Source: a virus
IMG/VR virus record: IMGVR_UViG_3300045740_000163
Coordinates: 1-64,000 of that record
Direction: 5' to 3' (one strand)
Length of the DNA: 64,000 bases
The stretch's first letter is position 1. Each line of letters begins with the position of its first letter. The notes beneath the pieces are model-generated. The model did not search any database. It saw nothing but the letters and a program-made list of their open reading frames with translations, and was not told the DNA's origin. Made by a program: the position numbers and the translations under genes. Positions 8,474 to 18,780 of this stretch are shown one piece after another.

Positions 8474-10199
8474 AGCTACCCGAGTAAGTTAGTTCTTCCG
8501 CGAGGTGGTCGAATGTCCTGTAAAGGAGCGGAGTTATGTTCAGTCTAGGATCAGCCGCAAGTGGCTGATTAGGCGCAAGGGGATGCGGCGACTGCAACAT
8601 CTGGCTTAATAATACCAGAAATTGTTGCATTGCTGATTGAGTTTGCTGCACCATGCGGAAGGGGAAACCCTTCAACATCTCAGCTCTTTCAGAGTCAGTC
8701 TTTTCAGGAAAAAGGAATTTAAGAGCTTCAACGCTGTCCACGCCAAGCTCTTGCAAGTTACGAACAACGATCGACTTTTGGTTGATGTCGTACGCTGTGT
8801 CTTCGTAAACATCGCCCTGGTACCTATAAGTAACAGTGCGATCCCCGTCTTCAGGTAAACCGATGACGCCAGGAGGGACTTTATTTTCCTGAAGCGAAAG
8901 TTGAATAGTTTGAGTGACTTTGGCTTCAAAGCGAGAGAGCGCTTTTTGATATTTCTCTACACTTTCTTCGGTTTGCTCTTTCGGAGGGCTTGGTTCTTTA
9001 AGTCCAGCTGCAGCGATAAACGATTCGCGGAAAATAACTTCCTGGTGATAGATCATCATCTCTAGGAGACGATTGAATCCATAAGTAAGGAAGCTTTTGT
9101 TCTTTCGAAGAGCCGTGGCCTGAGCACGACCCATCAAACCTTTAATTTCAGTTGCGGTCGCACCTGCGGAGATTGAAATTTCATCAACCCCGCCGAGAGC
9201 TGTTCTAATTTCCTCTCGCAGCAGAAGCGCATACCGGTTCATGTCTCCATTAACCGGATCCGGGGTCATGTAACCCACGCGGTCAGAAGGCTCAACGTTC
9301 GCGATAATGCGAGGAACGCGCAAACCGCCTCCCATCCCAGCCCCGAAAGGCTCGCTTACGCGTGTCGAAGGGCTATCGACTCCCGAAAAACCGCTTTGAC
9401 TGCTGATTGTCGGCCTAAAAGTGCTTCCTGAATCGCTTGCTTCGACCAGATCGCTCCTAGGACGCGAACTAATCAGCGTAGGATTGCCAAAAAACTCAAT
9501 ATTCTTAGCAATATTTCGAGTGAGCTCGTCGTGGAGCACAATTTGCTCCATAAACGGATCAAACTCACCCTCTCCCTCGGTACCGCTCGCGTTTGGCTTG
9601 TTTAAAACCTCAACAGCGGGAATAAAGCCTAAGGTATTGGGTCGCTTTCTGGCTGGAGTGAGGATAGAACCCGGCTCTAGATCAAAACTAAGCTCAGTAT
9701 CAGTCTCAACCTCACTAATTTCGTCAGCAGTTATAGCTAAACGAACATACCGCTTGTTTTGCCCGTAGCTATTGCTGGGTAAACCAAGATTCGCGTTCTT
9801 GACTTTGTAGCTATAAACAATAATTACTTCCTCAACCTCACCATTTACATCGTGGTACACACGATATTGGTTTTTGTTGAAGAAATAAATCTGATATTTG
9901 AGCTTTGGGTCTGGGCGGAAGTAAAAAAGCCCACAGCCGTCAATTAAAAAGTTGCGAATTATCGCAGGAAAACGAATATCTAACTTATTTAAAGCAATTA
10001 CATCATCAAGAAAACGAGTACGCCCCTTAAACGTATCCTGGTCACAATAAAAAGTAAGACCCTTCTTAATCATCAGAAGGGTCATCTGTTGCAGATGGCT
10101 CAAAACAACCATGGTCGATGCCTGGTTGCTTCGATCTTGAGTGCGCGATGCCTCTAAGATCTCGTTGAACCTTTTCCTAGTTTCAGTCGAGCTGGCCAT
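7974..10199 (-). CDS. portal protein
   Basis: large ORF between terminase and scaffold/capsid; NTLGFIPAVE and helical clip/stem-like segments as in portals; the last ~166 codons overlap the scaffold gene. Confidence 0.7.
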   Translation of the reverse strand: MASSTETRKRFNEILEASRTQDRSNQASTMVVLSHLQQMTLLMIKKGLTFYCDQDTFKGRTRFLDDVIALNKLDIRFPAIIRNFLIDGCGLFYFRPDPKLKYQIYFFNKNQYRVYHDVNGEVEEVIIVYSYKVKNANLGLPSNSYGQNKRYVRLAITADEISEVETDTELSFDLEPGSILTPARKRPNTLGFIPAVEVLNKPNASGTEGEGEFDPFMEQIVLHDELTRNIAKNIEFFGNPTLISSRPRSDLVEASDSGSTFRPTISSQSGFSGVDSPSTRVSEPFGAGMGGGLRVPRIIANVEPSDRVGYMTPDPVNGDMNRYALLLREEIRTALGGVDEISISAGATATEIKGLMGRAQATALRKNKSFLTYGFNRLLEMMIYHQEVIFRESFIAAAGLKEPSPPKEQTEESVEKYQKALSRFEAKVTQTIQLSLQENKVPPGVIGLPEDGDRTVTYRYQGDVYEDTAYDINQKSIVVRNLQELGVDSVEALKFLFPEKTDSERAEMLKGFPFRMVQQTQSAMQQFLVLLSQMLQSPHPLAPNQPLAADPRLNITPLLYRTFDHLAEELTYSGSYEPADPSFDPEPGLPGGSPGGILGPGLNRLPAVGGANLYPGGSFGTYSPTAVAGTTGFGPFYQQPVQPVNVAILPEQSLGSSDGYPGAGADAGQSSIPQPGSTVALPGNYATGYSTEQSEFTGPTLGLSGTAGSADLVYQRFTDPNFLANFYGPANERKSRNRRGR

Positions 10200-10236
10200 C
10201 TACACACAGAACAGAAAATTAAAACCCTAAGAAGGC

Positions 10237-10395
10237 TCACTTGCTAGCAAGAGCTTCCTTAGCCTTTTTAGCCTTAGCCTTAGCGCGCTTACGAGTGTCT
10301 TCAGAACCACTTACCTCCTGACCGCTTGGAGCTTTTTTAGCTTCACGATCAGCAGCAAATTTCTTGAGAAGCTCAGCAGGCATTTTGTCAGCCAT
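10237..10395 (-). CDS. small Lys/Ala-rich protein (52 aa, not in ORF track)
   Basis: MADKMPAELLKKFAADREAKKAPSG...KRAKAKAKKAKEALASK; start overlaps the upstream stop. Confidence 0.65.
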   Translation of the reverse strand: MADKMPAELLKKFAADREAKKAPSGQEVSGSEDTRKRAKAKAKKAKEALASK

Positions 10396-11200
10396 CTGGC
10401 AAAAGGTACGCTTTGACTCTTTCCAGTTTAACTGCTTCCTGCGGTAAATCCTCGATTGGATACGAGGTTAACAGATGATCTTGGCGTCCGAGCATATCGG
10501 TGTTGCCCTCCTTAGGTTCAAACTCATCACAGAGTTTTTGAACATCAGGACGATCCCAGATGTAGTACTCAGCGATTGACCGCAATTTGGTCTTTCTCTT
10601 ATCTGCATCACCCATCCAACTAAGGTGCCAACCAGCGTCTCTGTTACCGAAGTAACGATTGTGCTGCGTGGCGCGCATCGAGGATAAAGTACCGAGCTGC
10701 TTTAACCGGCTTACTGTACTAACCACGCCGCAACGCCAATCGAAAAGCTCACCTTCAGGGGAGATTAACTGGCGATCTGCTCTTCCGTAGTGCATCGACA
10801 TGCTCAAGCGAACGACTTTATCTTTCTCCTCTTCAACAACTTTCAAAAGTTCAGGAAACTTAGCTGGATTCGCGATCTCGTCACAATCCGAGCAAATAAA
10901 AACCGTATCGTCAGGCATCATGTGGAGCCCAACGCCGAGTGCATCACGCTGACCCCTCTCACGAATCCAAGGATCGGGAGCCTCTTCAGCAGAGGGAAGC
11001 TCTACGTGGAGCACTTGAATCTTGTCTTCAGGTAACCCCAGCTCACGTATGGTGTCTAAACAAGTAAATGGTTTCTCTTCGCCACGGTGCGTACGGTTAG
11101 CGTCCGTAATCAAAAAACCATCAACATGGTTTTCTAGAGTCCTAACCCTAAGCTCAAGAATTTCGCGCTCATTAAAATAACAAAAACAGTCTAAGAGCAC
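10388..11200 (-). CDS. glycosyltransferase family 17-like
   Basis: DCFxYFNExEILELR, THRG, SDCDEI and GWHLSW motifs. Confidence 0.85.
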   Translation of the reverse strand: MLLDCFCYFNEREILELRVRTLENHVDGFLITDANRTHRGEEKPFTCLDTIRELGLPEDKIQVLHVELPSAEEAPDPWIRERGQRDALGVGLHMMPDDTVFICSDCDEIANPAKFPELLKVVEEEKDKVVRLSMSMHYGRADRQLISPEGELFDWRCGVVSTVSRLKQLGTLSSMRATQHNRYFGNRDAGWHLSWMGDADKRKTKLRSIAEYYIWDRPDVQKLCDEFEPKEGNTDMLGRQDHLLTSYPIEDLPQEAVKLERVKAYLLPDG

Positions 11201-11231
11201 TGTGAGCGAAAGCGTGTCGTACTATATTAAC

Positions 11232-11525
11232 TCAATCGCCCAGCTGGATGTACTTTGAAGCTTTTTGCTTAGCGCGCTTTAATGAATTTCCGTTGGTTTG
11301 ATCCAAGAACAATCCTTCGTCTGTCCCAATCCCCGTGTACTGCTCTGATGGTGGAGCGGGAGCCTGGGGAGCAGGTGAATAGTTGTAGTCCCGCTCTTCA
11401 TCTTCCATAACTGCAGCGAACGCATCGCTAGCAGGTTGATTAGCGCGCCGCTGCTCATCCGCAGCACGCATATTCATTTCGTATGCTTTGGCAAACCCGA
11501 AAGCAGCTTGAGTAAAAGGGTCCAT
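11232..11525 (-). CDS. hypothetical protein
   Basis: 97-aa ORF in-line with the operon, translationally coupled. Confidence 0.6.
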   Translation of the reverse strand: MDPFTQAAFGFAKAYEMNMRAADEQRRANQPASDAFAAVMEDEERDYNYSPAPQAPAPPSEQYTGIGTDEGLFLDQTNGNSLKRAKQKASKYIQLGD

Positions 11526-11809
11526 CAGTACAGCACGAAAACACCGTTGACACTACCGCTAATTAAAGCAGTGCAAGCGATAGGAATAAGATCATTGCCG
11601 TCTAGGTTTACAGCAGTAGCATGTTGGCCAGGTGCGTCCGAAAGCTCTACAGTTAGATAATCCTTGGAGTTGGAAGCCTTAGCTTCAATGAAGATGGCTC
11701 GACATGTAGCAAAGTTCTTTCGACCTTGAGCGGGAGCCCAACCAAAACCACTGGCATAGGGCAGTGCAGCAGTCTGCCCGTATACAGAGCCAAACGCCCG
11801 GATATCCAT
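11525..11809 (-). CDS. small beta-rich virion protein, head-spike-base-like
   Basis: RAIFI...LTVEL...G..LIPI...A...VFVLY pattern resembles RcGTA Rcc01079-type spike base proteins. Confidence 0.45.
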   Translation of the reverse strand: MDIRAFGSVYGQTAALPYASGFGWAPAQGRKNFATCRAIFIEAKASNSKDYLTVELSDAPGQHATAVNLDGNDLIPIACTALISGSVNGVFVLY

Positions 11810-11841
11810 ATAAAAAGACTGTTTCGTCTATCTTAACGTGT

Positions 11842-12132
11842 CTAGCTGTTCTTCTCCAAGTAAGTAATCAAGCGATCTAAATACCACCGGGCTTTTTTGA
11901 GATCTTCTAAACCGTTTTTATATTTCTCTCTCGACACGTACTTCAGTACATTCATTTTGCAGCCCCCGCAAAACTCTTCAGGGGATAAGCAAGATTCCAT
12001 GTACTCGATTGTCTCGATAGATCCTTTTGTGTAGTGACTAGGGTGATTAACACAATCGTTTAGATCTTGCTGTGCGCTCAGACCTAGTCCAGAAAAACTG
12101 AGCTGAACGTAATCTTCGTTACTCATAACCAA
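11842..12132 (-). CDS. DUF3310 (SaV-like / T7 gp1.7-like) protein
   Basis: VNHPSHY..GSIETIEY...KY..R..YKNG.EDLKKARWYL. Confidence 0.9.
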   Translation of the reverse strand: MVMSNEDYVQLSFSGLGLSAQQDLNDCVNHPSHYTKGSIETIEYMESCLSPEEFCGGCKMNVLKYVSREKYKNGLEDLKKARWYLDRLITYLEKNS

Positions 12133-13003
12133 ACATCTCCGTGATGTCGAGAACTTTGCCCAGTTTATCCTCTAACTGCGAACTGTATTTTGTGTCGCAG
12201 TGCTCTACTAAACCGCATGGAGCAATCTGAAGCTTATTGCCTACTTTTAAAACAGGGACGACTCGACGGTGCTCCTGTCCTTCCAACAAATTTTCAAAAG
12301 CAAGTCCCATAGAACTCCGGTCAGCGAGCGGCCAGCAACGAAACTGGGTAAGCTCAAAACTTCTTATAGGGTCGGAGCTCGAAGAGGTTACGTACTGTTC
12401 TGCCATCTGCTGGTCGAGAATCATCATCCCCATATAGGGATTACCGAGAGAAACAAATCCAACAAACCAGTCATCTAATGGAGTTAGATAAGAGTTAACT
12501 GTGTAAGGTCTGTCTCCCCACACGTCTCGCGTCGGTTGGTTCAGCTGCCACACCTTGTGGTTATCAAACGGAACCATCAGAGACTTATAAGACTCATACC
12601 GACAAAACCCAGGCTCTAAATTGAGTTTCTTTAATCTGTCCTTGTACAGGAACCAGTACAAAAAGTTTTCACTGGTAAAACAGATATCGTTCTCGGTATA
12701 GACGTAAAAGTCGTAGTACTTATTTAATACAGCTTCACGAAGCAAACCTTTATGAGCCCAAGTTAAAGAGTACCCCTCCCACTCTTCAGAAGCTACAACA
12801 ATATGTATAGAGTTAAAAGTAACGTTAGAGTCAAGTAACTCTTTTAAGGTAGCTTCATCACCTCTATGCGCGTAGTCGATGTAAATAAAAACATCCTTTA
12901 CGCCCGGTATCTCCTCATAGCCCCGAAGAGTTTTTAGTAAAGCGTCGAACCGAGAAAGAGGATCGTGAGCAGTGACAAAAATAAGAAACTTGTGTTCGTT
13001 CAT
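12119..13003 (-). CDS. putative GT-A fold glycosyltransferase
   Basis: YDFYVYTENDI resembles a DxD-type motif after a beta strand; sits in a glycosylation gene context. Confidence 0.45.
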   Translation of the reverse strand: MNEHKFLIFVTAHDPLSRFDALLKTLRGYEEIPGVKDVFIYIDYAHRGDEATLKELLDSNVTFNSIHIVVASEEWEGYSLTWAHKGLLREAVLNKYYDFYVYTENDICFTSENFLYWFLYKDRLKKLNLEPGFCRYESYKSLMVPFDNHKVWQLNQPTRDVWGDRPYTVNSYLTPLDDWFVGFVSLGNPYMGMMILDQQMAEQYVTSSSSDPIRSFELTQFRCWPLADRSSMGLAFENLLEGQEHRRVVPVLKVGNKLQIAPCGLVEHCDTKYSSQLEDKLGKVLDITEMFGYE

Positions 13004-14526
13004 CAGTACTCCATTTCGAAATTACCGCGACGTTGTAAGAAGCATACTAAGTGCGTATACGCATCCAGTAAGTCATCGTGGGACGTCGCACCAATGTTGA
13101 TCAGCTGATCAAATAAAGCATCAAATTTGCGATACCTGTTAAATATCACCTTTTTATTCTCCAGGAGACCTAGCGTCCCACGGAAACGGGCGATCTTATC
13201 CCCTCTAAAACCTTTAACCTCGTGGATATGAAGGTTACCGAGACCCCATTCGTTCAGCATCACACGTCTTAGGTCAGCCGCTAGAGAAGCCTGATAAGCG
13301 ACCGATTCAACGACTAACGAACAGGTTGAATAAGTAGGGAAGAACTTACCATCAGTATCCTCTTGGAGTATGCCCCACTCAACCAACATCTTGCACAGTA
13401 AGTCAATCTTTTCAAGATTACCGATAGAGCGCACCTGATGTGCGTCAATAATATAGTATTTATCTTTTAAGCGGCCGCCCAAAACGAATGCCGTATAGTC
13501 TGACGTCTCGTTCTTACTCGCCGAAAGATCAACACCTACAGCAAGACTATCGAACTCAGTTACCACGTCGCCTTTGACTAACAAATCTGGCGAGAGAACC
13601 AGATCAGATGTCATCACAGGTTGTTGCTGATACTGGAAAGCAAAAGCAACTGGATCAAGTTCCTTCTGCCCTAGCAGATAATCAACACTCCACTGCTCGG
13701 GCCAGTAACTGACGGGTTCACCATCGTTGTCGTAGGTAAGCGCTTCCTGCTGAACTTGTTTCCAGCCTTTATCTGGCACAAACATCGTCTTGTGGATATC
13801 CAACGGGTGGAATCGGGTCCCCAAGCAGATAGCTCGACCACCTTCGAAAATAATCGGCGCGATCACAGAACTCCAGTTATTGTTCATTTCTTCTCTAATG
13901 GTAGGGTTTTTAATATCAGTACTTGATTTAATAGGGTCATCTACAATAACAAGGTGCGCACGTTTTGACGTAATCGAGCCTCGTAGACCAGCAGCTCGGA
14001 GCGTAAATTCTTCGTCACCCACACGGCTAATGCCGGCATAATCAAAATCGATACTCCAACCGATATCAGACTGCATACCAGAACGCAGTTGAACCTTTGG
14101 AAAGATCTTTTTATAGGTAGAAGAATCGATAATCTGCTTGATGATGCGGCTTTTAGGAATAGCCGTGGCGATGTTGTACGAACAATAAATAATCTGAAGA
14201 GGGAGACCCGCAGTAGTGTGCCTCCCAATAATCCATGCGGTGAACATGTTCAACACAGTGGATTTAGCGCTACCCCTAGGAGCTAGAATATCTAGATTAG
14301 GTCCAGCAATGTCTAAAAGGTACCTATTACTTTCACCGGTTATTAAATGCTTATGCCACTCCAGCATGTGAGCTGCTGGCGCTTTATCCATAATAGTACA
14401 AAACGTATGGAAGTCATCTGCCGCACGCATAAAGATATTATCAATCGCGCCGCTCTCTGAATCCACGGCTTTCGCTGCACGTAGTTTTAACGCACGACGA
14501 TACGCAAATGTCTCTCTGCTGGGCAT
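13003..14526 (-). CDS. terL: terminase large subunit
   Basis: Walker A APRGSAKST, Walker B VIVDD, GTRFH coupling motif, YQQQP, and nuclease GVDLS...SDYT...HDDLLDA. Confidence 0.95.
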   Translation of the reverse strand: MPSRETFAYRRALKLRAAKAVDSESGAIDNIFMRAADDFHTFCTIMDKAPAAHMLEWHKHLITGESNRYLLDIAGPNLDILAPRGSAKSTVLNMFTAWIIGRHTTAGLPLQIIYCSYNIATAIPKSRIIKQIIDSSTYKKIFPKVQLRSGMQSDIGWSIDFDYAGISRVGDEEFTLRAAGLRGSITSKRAHLVIVDDPIKSSTDIKNPTIREEMNNNWSSVIAPIIFEGGRAICLGTRFHPLDIHKTMFVPDKGWKQVQQEALTYDNDGEPVSYWPEQWSVDYLLGQKELDPVAFAFQYQQQPVMTSDLVLSPDLLVKGDVVTEFDSLAVGVDLSASKNETSDYTAFVLGGRLKDKYYIIDAHQVRSIGNLEKIDLLCKMLVEWGILQEDTDGKFFPTYSTCSLVVESVAYQASLAADLRRVMLNEWGLGNLHIHEVKGFRGDKIARFRGTLGLLENKKVIFNRYRKFDALFDQLINIGATSHDDLLDAYTHLVCFLQRRGNFEMEY

Positions 14527-14575
14527 ACTATCTAGAAAAGTGTCTGTATACTGATAGGCAAGATTCTACTGCCAA

Positions 14576-15748
14576 ATGGCAAAAATTCTTTGGTACGGCG
14601 ACATCCTCTCCAACACGGGATTCGCCCGAGTTACACACAGTATTTTAGAGCACCTAGCAAACACACATGAAATTGTAGTTTTTGGGATCAACTACAATGG
14701 GGATCCTCATGATCTGCCCTTTAAAGTTTATCCAGCTGCAGCAGCAAATCCCTCAGATCGCTTTGGGATCGGTCGCCTGCCTCAAATAGTCGAAAAGGAA
14801 AAACCAGACTTTATTATCTGCTTGAACGACATCTGGGTCGTCAATCAAGTCTGGGAGAGGGTTCACCTTCTAAAAGACGCTATTAAATTCAAATTCATTG
14901 CCTACTTCCCAGTTGATTCAGCGTACTACGTGAGCTCTATGCTTTCGTATATTGCTGACTGGGATTTTGCGATTACGTTTTCTGTTGAGCAAGCTCACAG
15001 AATCATGGCTCAGGGGGTTCAACCAAAACTTCTCGGCGTGGTTCCCCACGGGCTGGATGAAGGTAAGTTCTATCCAATGCCGCAAGCAGAAGCTCGTAAA
15101 GCTCTGCGACTGCCTGAAGACAAGTTTATTGTTCTCAACGCGAACAGAAACCAACCAAGAAAACAAATTGACCTGACAATCAAAGCATTTGCTGAGTTTG
15201 CTGCAGATAAACCAGATACTCTGCTCTATCTCCACATGAGCGAAAAAGATCTCGGTTGGGATATACGGGCACTTTTCGACGCTGAAATGCGCCGCAGGAA
15301 CGCACCAGTTGACAACCGTTTAATCATGACGAGCGCGAATATCGATTATTTAAACGCACCGCCGGATGACCTTTTAAATAAGATCTACAACGCATGTGAT
15401 GTCGGCATCAACACAGCAAACGGAGAAGGTTGGGGCCTGGTTTCGTTTGAGCACGCATCCTGCAAAAAACCGCAGGTTCTCCCAAACCACACGTCGTTCA
15501 GTGACATCTGGAAAGGAAGCGCGTTGCTTGCGGACGTCGCCGCGTGGATCTACGACAAAGACCTAAGCGTCGAACGGGGAATTGTTGATGTTAATGACGT
15601 TGCAGTAAAACTAACAAAGCTGTACACCGATAAGTCTTACTACAGCGAAGTTGCCGAAGCTTGTTACAAGGTGACCCAAAACCCGGCATATCGCTGGGAT
15701 CGTATCGCTGACGCATTCAACAAAGCCGTGGAGGAGCTGAGCAAGTGA
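14576..15748 (+). CDS. glycosyltransferase family 4 (GT-B)
   Basis: TGFARV, NRNQPRK and GEGWGL..FE motifs. Confidence 0.9.
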   Translation: MAKILWYGDILSNTGFARVTHSILEHLANTHEIVVFGINYNGDPHDLPFKVYPAAAANPSDRFGIGRLPQIVEKEKPDFIICLNDIWVVNQVWERVHLLKDAIKFKFIAYFPVDSAYYVSSMLSYIADWDFAITFSVEQAHRIMAQGVQPKLLGVVPHGLDEGKFYPMPQAEARKALRLPEDKFIVLNANRNQPRKQIDLTIKAFAEFAADKPDTLLYLHMSEKDLGWDIRALFDAEMRRRNAPVDNRLIMTSANIDYLNAPPDDLLNKIYNACDVGINTANGEGWGLVSFEHASCKKPQVLPNHTSFSDIWKGSALLADVAAWIYDKDLSVERGIVDVNDVAVKLTKLYTDKSYYSEVAEACYKVTQNPAYRWDRIADAFNKAVEELSK

Positions 15749-16830
15749 CTCAATTTCATCGTTATCGCACTTACTACAACCGCGCAACTCAACGCTCTTT
15801 TGCGCCCTCAAAAACAGGGTTCCCTTCTGTATTTGATCAAGCGAGCGATATCGGAGGAACTTTCACCAAAATAACTTCCGGGCTACCTAAAGACAGCTTT
15901 GCTAATTTCAGCCCCTGCGTCACACAGCACCGTGGGGCCACCTTAATCGCGTGGCGGTCGCAGCCGAAACATTTTGTATTCCGGCACGACATGAAGTACT
16001 TCTACTACAACAACACGCCCACGGATATTTGGATCGGTCAGCTGTTGAGTGACGACACGATTGTCGCTCCTCGGAAGCTAATCGACAAACCACATCGACT
16101 CAGCTACGAAGATCCTCGTATCTTTGTATCCCCTGAAAACGACTTACTTTGTCAGTTTGTCACTAGTACATACGCAACCAAATGGGACAGTACGAAACAC
16201 AAGATGATCCAGTCCCCAAAGGTATGCACAGGAGTCGTTAATGAATTTGGTTCGCTAGTCGATAAACTTTATCCTCCAGTAGGTCAAAACCTGGAAGCAG
16301 GTAAATCCGAGAAAAACTGGTGTTTCTTCTCCGACCTTCAATATCTTCGATTGCTCTATTCCACGCAGCCTATCGTCATAAAAACTCCCGGACAGGTTGA
16401 TAAAACAATTGACTCAACCTGTTTGAAAAAGGTCACGGGCGAGCATCCGACATTTAACTCAACAGCACCTATTTTGCTCGATGACGAATGGCTCGTATTT
16501 TTCCACTGGAAATTTATGTGCCGAGAAGTTGATAGACGTCCTTACTTGATGTACGCATTAGGTGCTTACACACTGGATAAGGATCTAACACGAGTAACTC
16601 GGATGATCAACGAACCTCTTTTTATCGGTTCGACAAACGATGATCTAGTTACTTGGACAGATCCAATCGGCAACGATATATCCAATCAACCAGCGTGCAT
16701 CCTTCCTTTTGGCTGCTTTGTGGACATCAACGAAGATTTGGTGATGTCGCTCGGAGTTAACGACTACTTTATGGGTATCTTTAGAACACCTGTACTCAAT
16801 GTACTATCGTTAATGGAGCCCGTCGATTAA
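15745..16830 (+). CDS. beta-propeller glycosidase/phosphorylase-like protein (GH43/GH130-like)
   Basis: NFSP, YEDPRIF, EKNWCFF and LGVND motifs. Confidence 0.65.
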   Translation: MTQFHRYRTYYNRATQRSFAPSKTGFPSVFDQASDIGGTFTKITSGLPKDSFANFSPCVTQHRGATLIAWRSQPKHFVFRHDMKYFYYNNTPTDIWIGQLLSDDTIVAPRKLIDKPHRLSYEDPRIFVSPENDLLCQFVTSTYATKWDSTKHKMIQSPKVCTGVVNEFGSLVDKLYPPVGQNLEAGKSEKNWCFFSDLQYLRLLYSTQPIVIKTPGQVDKTIDSTCLKKVTGEHPTFNSTAPILLDDEWLVFFHWKFMCREVDRRPYLMYALGAYTLDKDLTRVTRMINEPLFIGSTNDDLVTWTDPIGNDISNQPACILPFGCFVDINEDLVMSLGVNDYFMGIFRTPVLNVLSLMEPVD

Positions 16831-16905
16831 AGGATTCTGTATCCTTAATAATCCACGAAGCCAAGGCGGGCTAGAGGGTAGGTGTAAACCTACCTTCGCC
16901 AACTT

Positions 16906-17436
16906 CTAGCTCTTCTCTTCTTTTTCGATAGTCGACCAGACAACCATCGACGCGTCCTCAAGTAACGAATACATCGTGGGCGCGTCTTCGAAGCTATTCA
17001 TCAACTCGCGCATACAGCGGTCAGCTCCAGCCAGCAACAAACCTCGGCGGTCTAAGCCGTCTGTAAGTTGCCTGACTGCTTGGATGTGAGATCGAATTTC
17101 TTTTTGAAGGACAGCAATCTTCGTAGCAGCAGTTGCGTAATCCAGCATTCCCGTAAGGGTCATCTGCCTTACGTTGTGTAGATCAGTTTTTAAAGAGTCG
17201 ATCTCAATAAGAAGAACCTTTCGGAGATCTTCTTTTGGGTACTTCTCTTGTACCCACGCTGTAAGATCTGCGATAGATCCGGTATAGCTCGGTTTTAAAA
17301 ATCGAGCATAAAGATACGCTTCGATATCACTCGCGGCGTTCTTTGCGTAGTGTTTAAAAGCGTCTTGTTGGGACTTGTCTAATGAACTAAGCCAAGTCCC
17401 TACAGAAGTCGAATCACCAATTGTAGATTTAATCAC
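16906..17436 (-). CDS. helical hypothetical protein (terminase small subunit candidate)
   Basis: 176-aa helical ORF on the terL strand, separated from terL only by the inverted GT4/GH pair; function inferred from position. Confidence 0.4.
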   Translation of the reverse strand: MIKSTIGDSTSVGTWLSSLDKSQQDAFKHYAKNAASDIEAYLYARFLKPSYTGSIADLTAWVQEKYPKEDLRKVLLIEIDSLKTDLHNVRQMTLTGMLDYATAATKIAVLQKEIRSHIQAVRQLTDGLDRRGLLLAGADRCMRELMNSFEDAPTMYSLLEDASMVVWSTIEKEEKS

Positions 17437-18152
17437 GCAAAAGCTCGTGTACCAGCAAGAGCTTGGTTAGCGCCGAACTGTTTAATGGCTAGCTGACCTT
17501 TGGTAGCTGCTTTTGTTCGGGCCAAGTCACCAAGCGTCCTCACTTTATCTAACTGAGCCGCATTTTCAAACTGCTGTGCACCCAAAGCAAGAAGTCCCTC
17601 GTTTTGAGCACGAGTTTGAGCGATCTTGTTAAGGGTTTCTGCTTGGTTCTTAGCGACGTCGCCACGGAGCTGCTCTTGGTAAGAACGAACTCCCATGTTC
17701 GTCAATCCAAGTTGATTGGCGAGTTGGTTTTGACCGGCTAAGGAAGCTGAACCAGCTTGAGCCAAGAGCGTGGGAGCACCAAGCTCTGTAGATAACTTAG
17801 CTTGTCCTAAGTTATACAGAGTATCAAGACCCTTACCGGAGCCGTACCCAGCTACAGAAGCTTGTAGTGTTGCGTCTTTCTGAGCTCGCTGAAGTGCTTC
17901 AGTGAGCATACTCAGCTGAGCAGAAGCTTTAGTCGTAGCTTCTTGGCCGATAGCTCCAGCTAAAGCGCCTTGAAGAAGACTTAAACCTTGATAAGCAGCG
18001 GTTAAAGGGTTGTTTTGCGCAGCCATCTGCGCTGCGAACTGAGTGTAAGCGTCGTTGGACTGACTGCCTCCACCGCCGCCGCCAAAAATAGTAGGAAGAA
18101 TACTCCCCCCGACACCTGCAGCTAAACCGCCGAGAATTGCTGGTAAGACCAT
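17433..18152 (-). CDS. Ala/Gln/Gly-rich putative internal virion (ejection/pilot-like) protein
   Basis: Gly-rich hydrophobic N-terminus followed by an A/Q coiled coil. Confidence 0.55.
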   Translation of the reverse strand: MVLPAILGGLAAGVGGSILPTIFGGGGGGSQSNDAYTQFAAQMAAQNNPLTAAYQGLSLLQGALAGAIGQEATTKASAQLSMLTEALQRAQKDATLQASVAGYGSGKGLDTLYNLGQAKLSTELGAPTLLAQAGSASLAGQNQLANQLGLTNMGVRSYQEQLRGDVAKNQAETLNKIAQTRAQNEGLLALGAQQFENAAQLDKVRTLGDLARTKAATKGQLAIKQFGANQALAGTRAFA

Positions 18153-18154
18153 GA

Positions 18155-18775
18155 TTAGCTGATGGTGGAAGAGGGCATACCGAAACCAGATCGACCCTGA
18201 CCCGCAAGAGCAGCGCCGCCCTGAAGAACATTCGGGTTAGGCATACCAGCCGTATAAGCCAGCTGCATCATCCCCAAACCAAGCGTGGCGTCGCGGTTGA
18301 TTTGAGCCTCGGTGATGCCACGCCAAGCGCCGATAACGTCACCTTCGATTTTGCGACGTGTCAGCTCGCGGGTTTGCTCCATACCCGCAATTCGATTCAG
18401 CTCCTGAGAACGCTCCCAGTTTGCTTGATCAATTGCAGCACGCTCAGCATATAAGCGTGGATCTAAGTTAGCGAGAGCAATCTTTGCTTGAAGCTCGTTG
18501 GAGCCTTTAAGTTGCTCTAATAGAGCGGCAGCTTGAGCTTCCCCAGCACCCGACTGCAGACGAATCTGCTCTAAAGCAAACTTTGCTTTTTCACGCTCAA
18601 GTGCTAAATCACGCTGAAGTTGAGCATCCCTTGCAGCTTCTAAAGCTGCTCGTTGCGCAGCCTTTTCTTCAGGTGATTCACCAAAGAGTGCTTGAGCGCC
18701 GACGGTGCCAGCAGCTCCTAAGCCAAGGGTACCAAGACCTCTAAGCGCTGATAAAACTAAAGGATTTAAAGCCAT
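18155..18775 (-). CDS. putative internal virion (ejection/pilot-like) protein
   Basis: Gly-rich hydrophobic N-terminus followed by a coiled coil. Confidence 0.55.
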   Translation of the reverse strand: MALNPLVLSALRGLGTLGLGAAGTVGAQALFGESPEEKAAQRAALEAARDAQLQRDLALEREKAKFALEQIRLQSGAGEAQAAALLEQLKGSNELQAKIALANLDPRLYAERAAIDQANWERSQELNRIAGMEQTRELTRRKIEGDVIGAWRGITEAQINRDATLGLGMMQLAYTAGMPNPNVLQGGAALAGQGRSGFGMPSSTIS

Positions 18776-18780
18776 CTCTA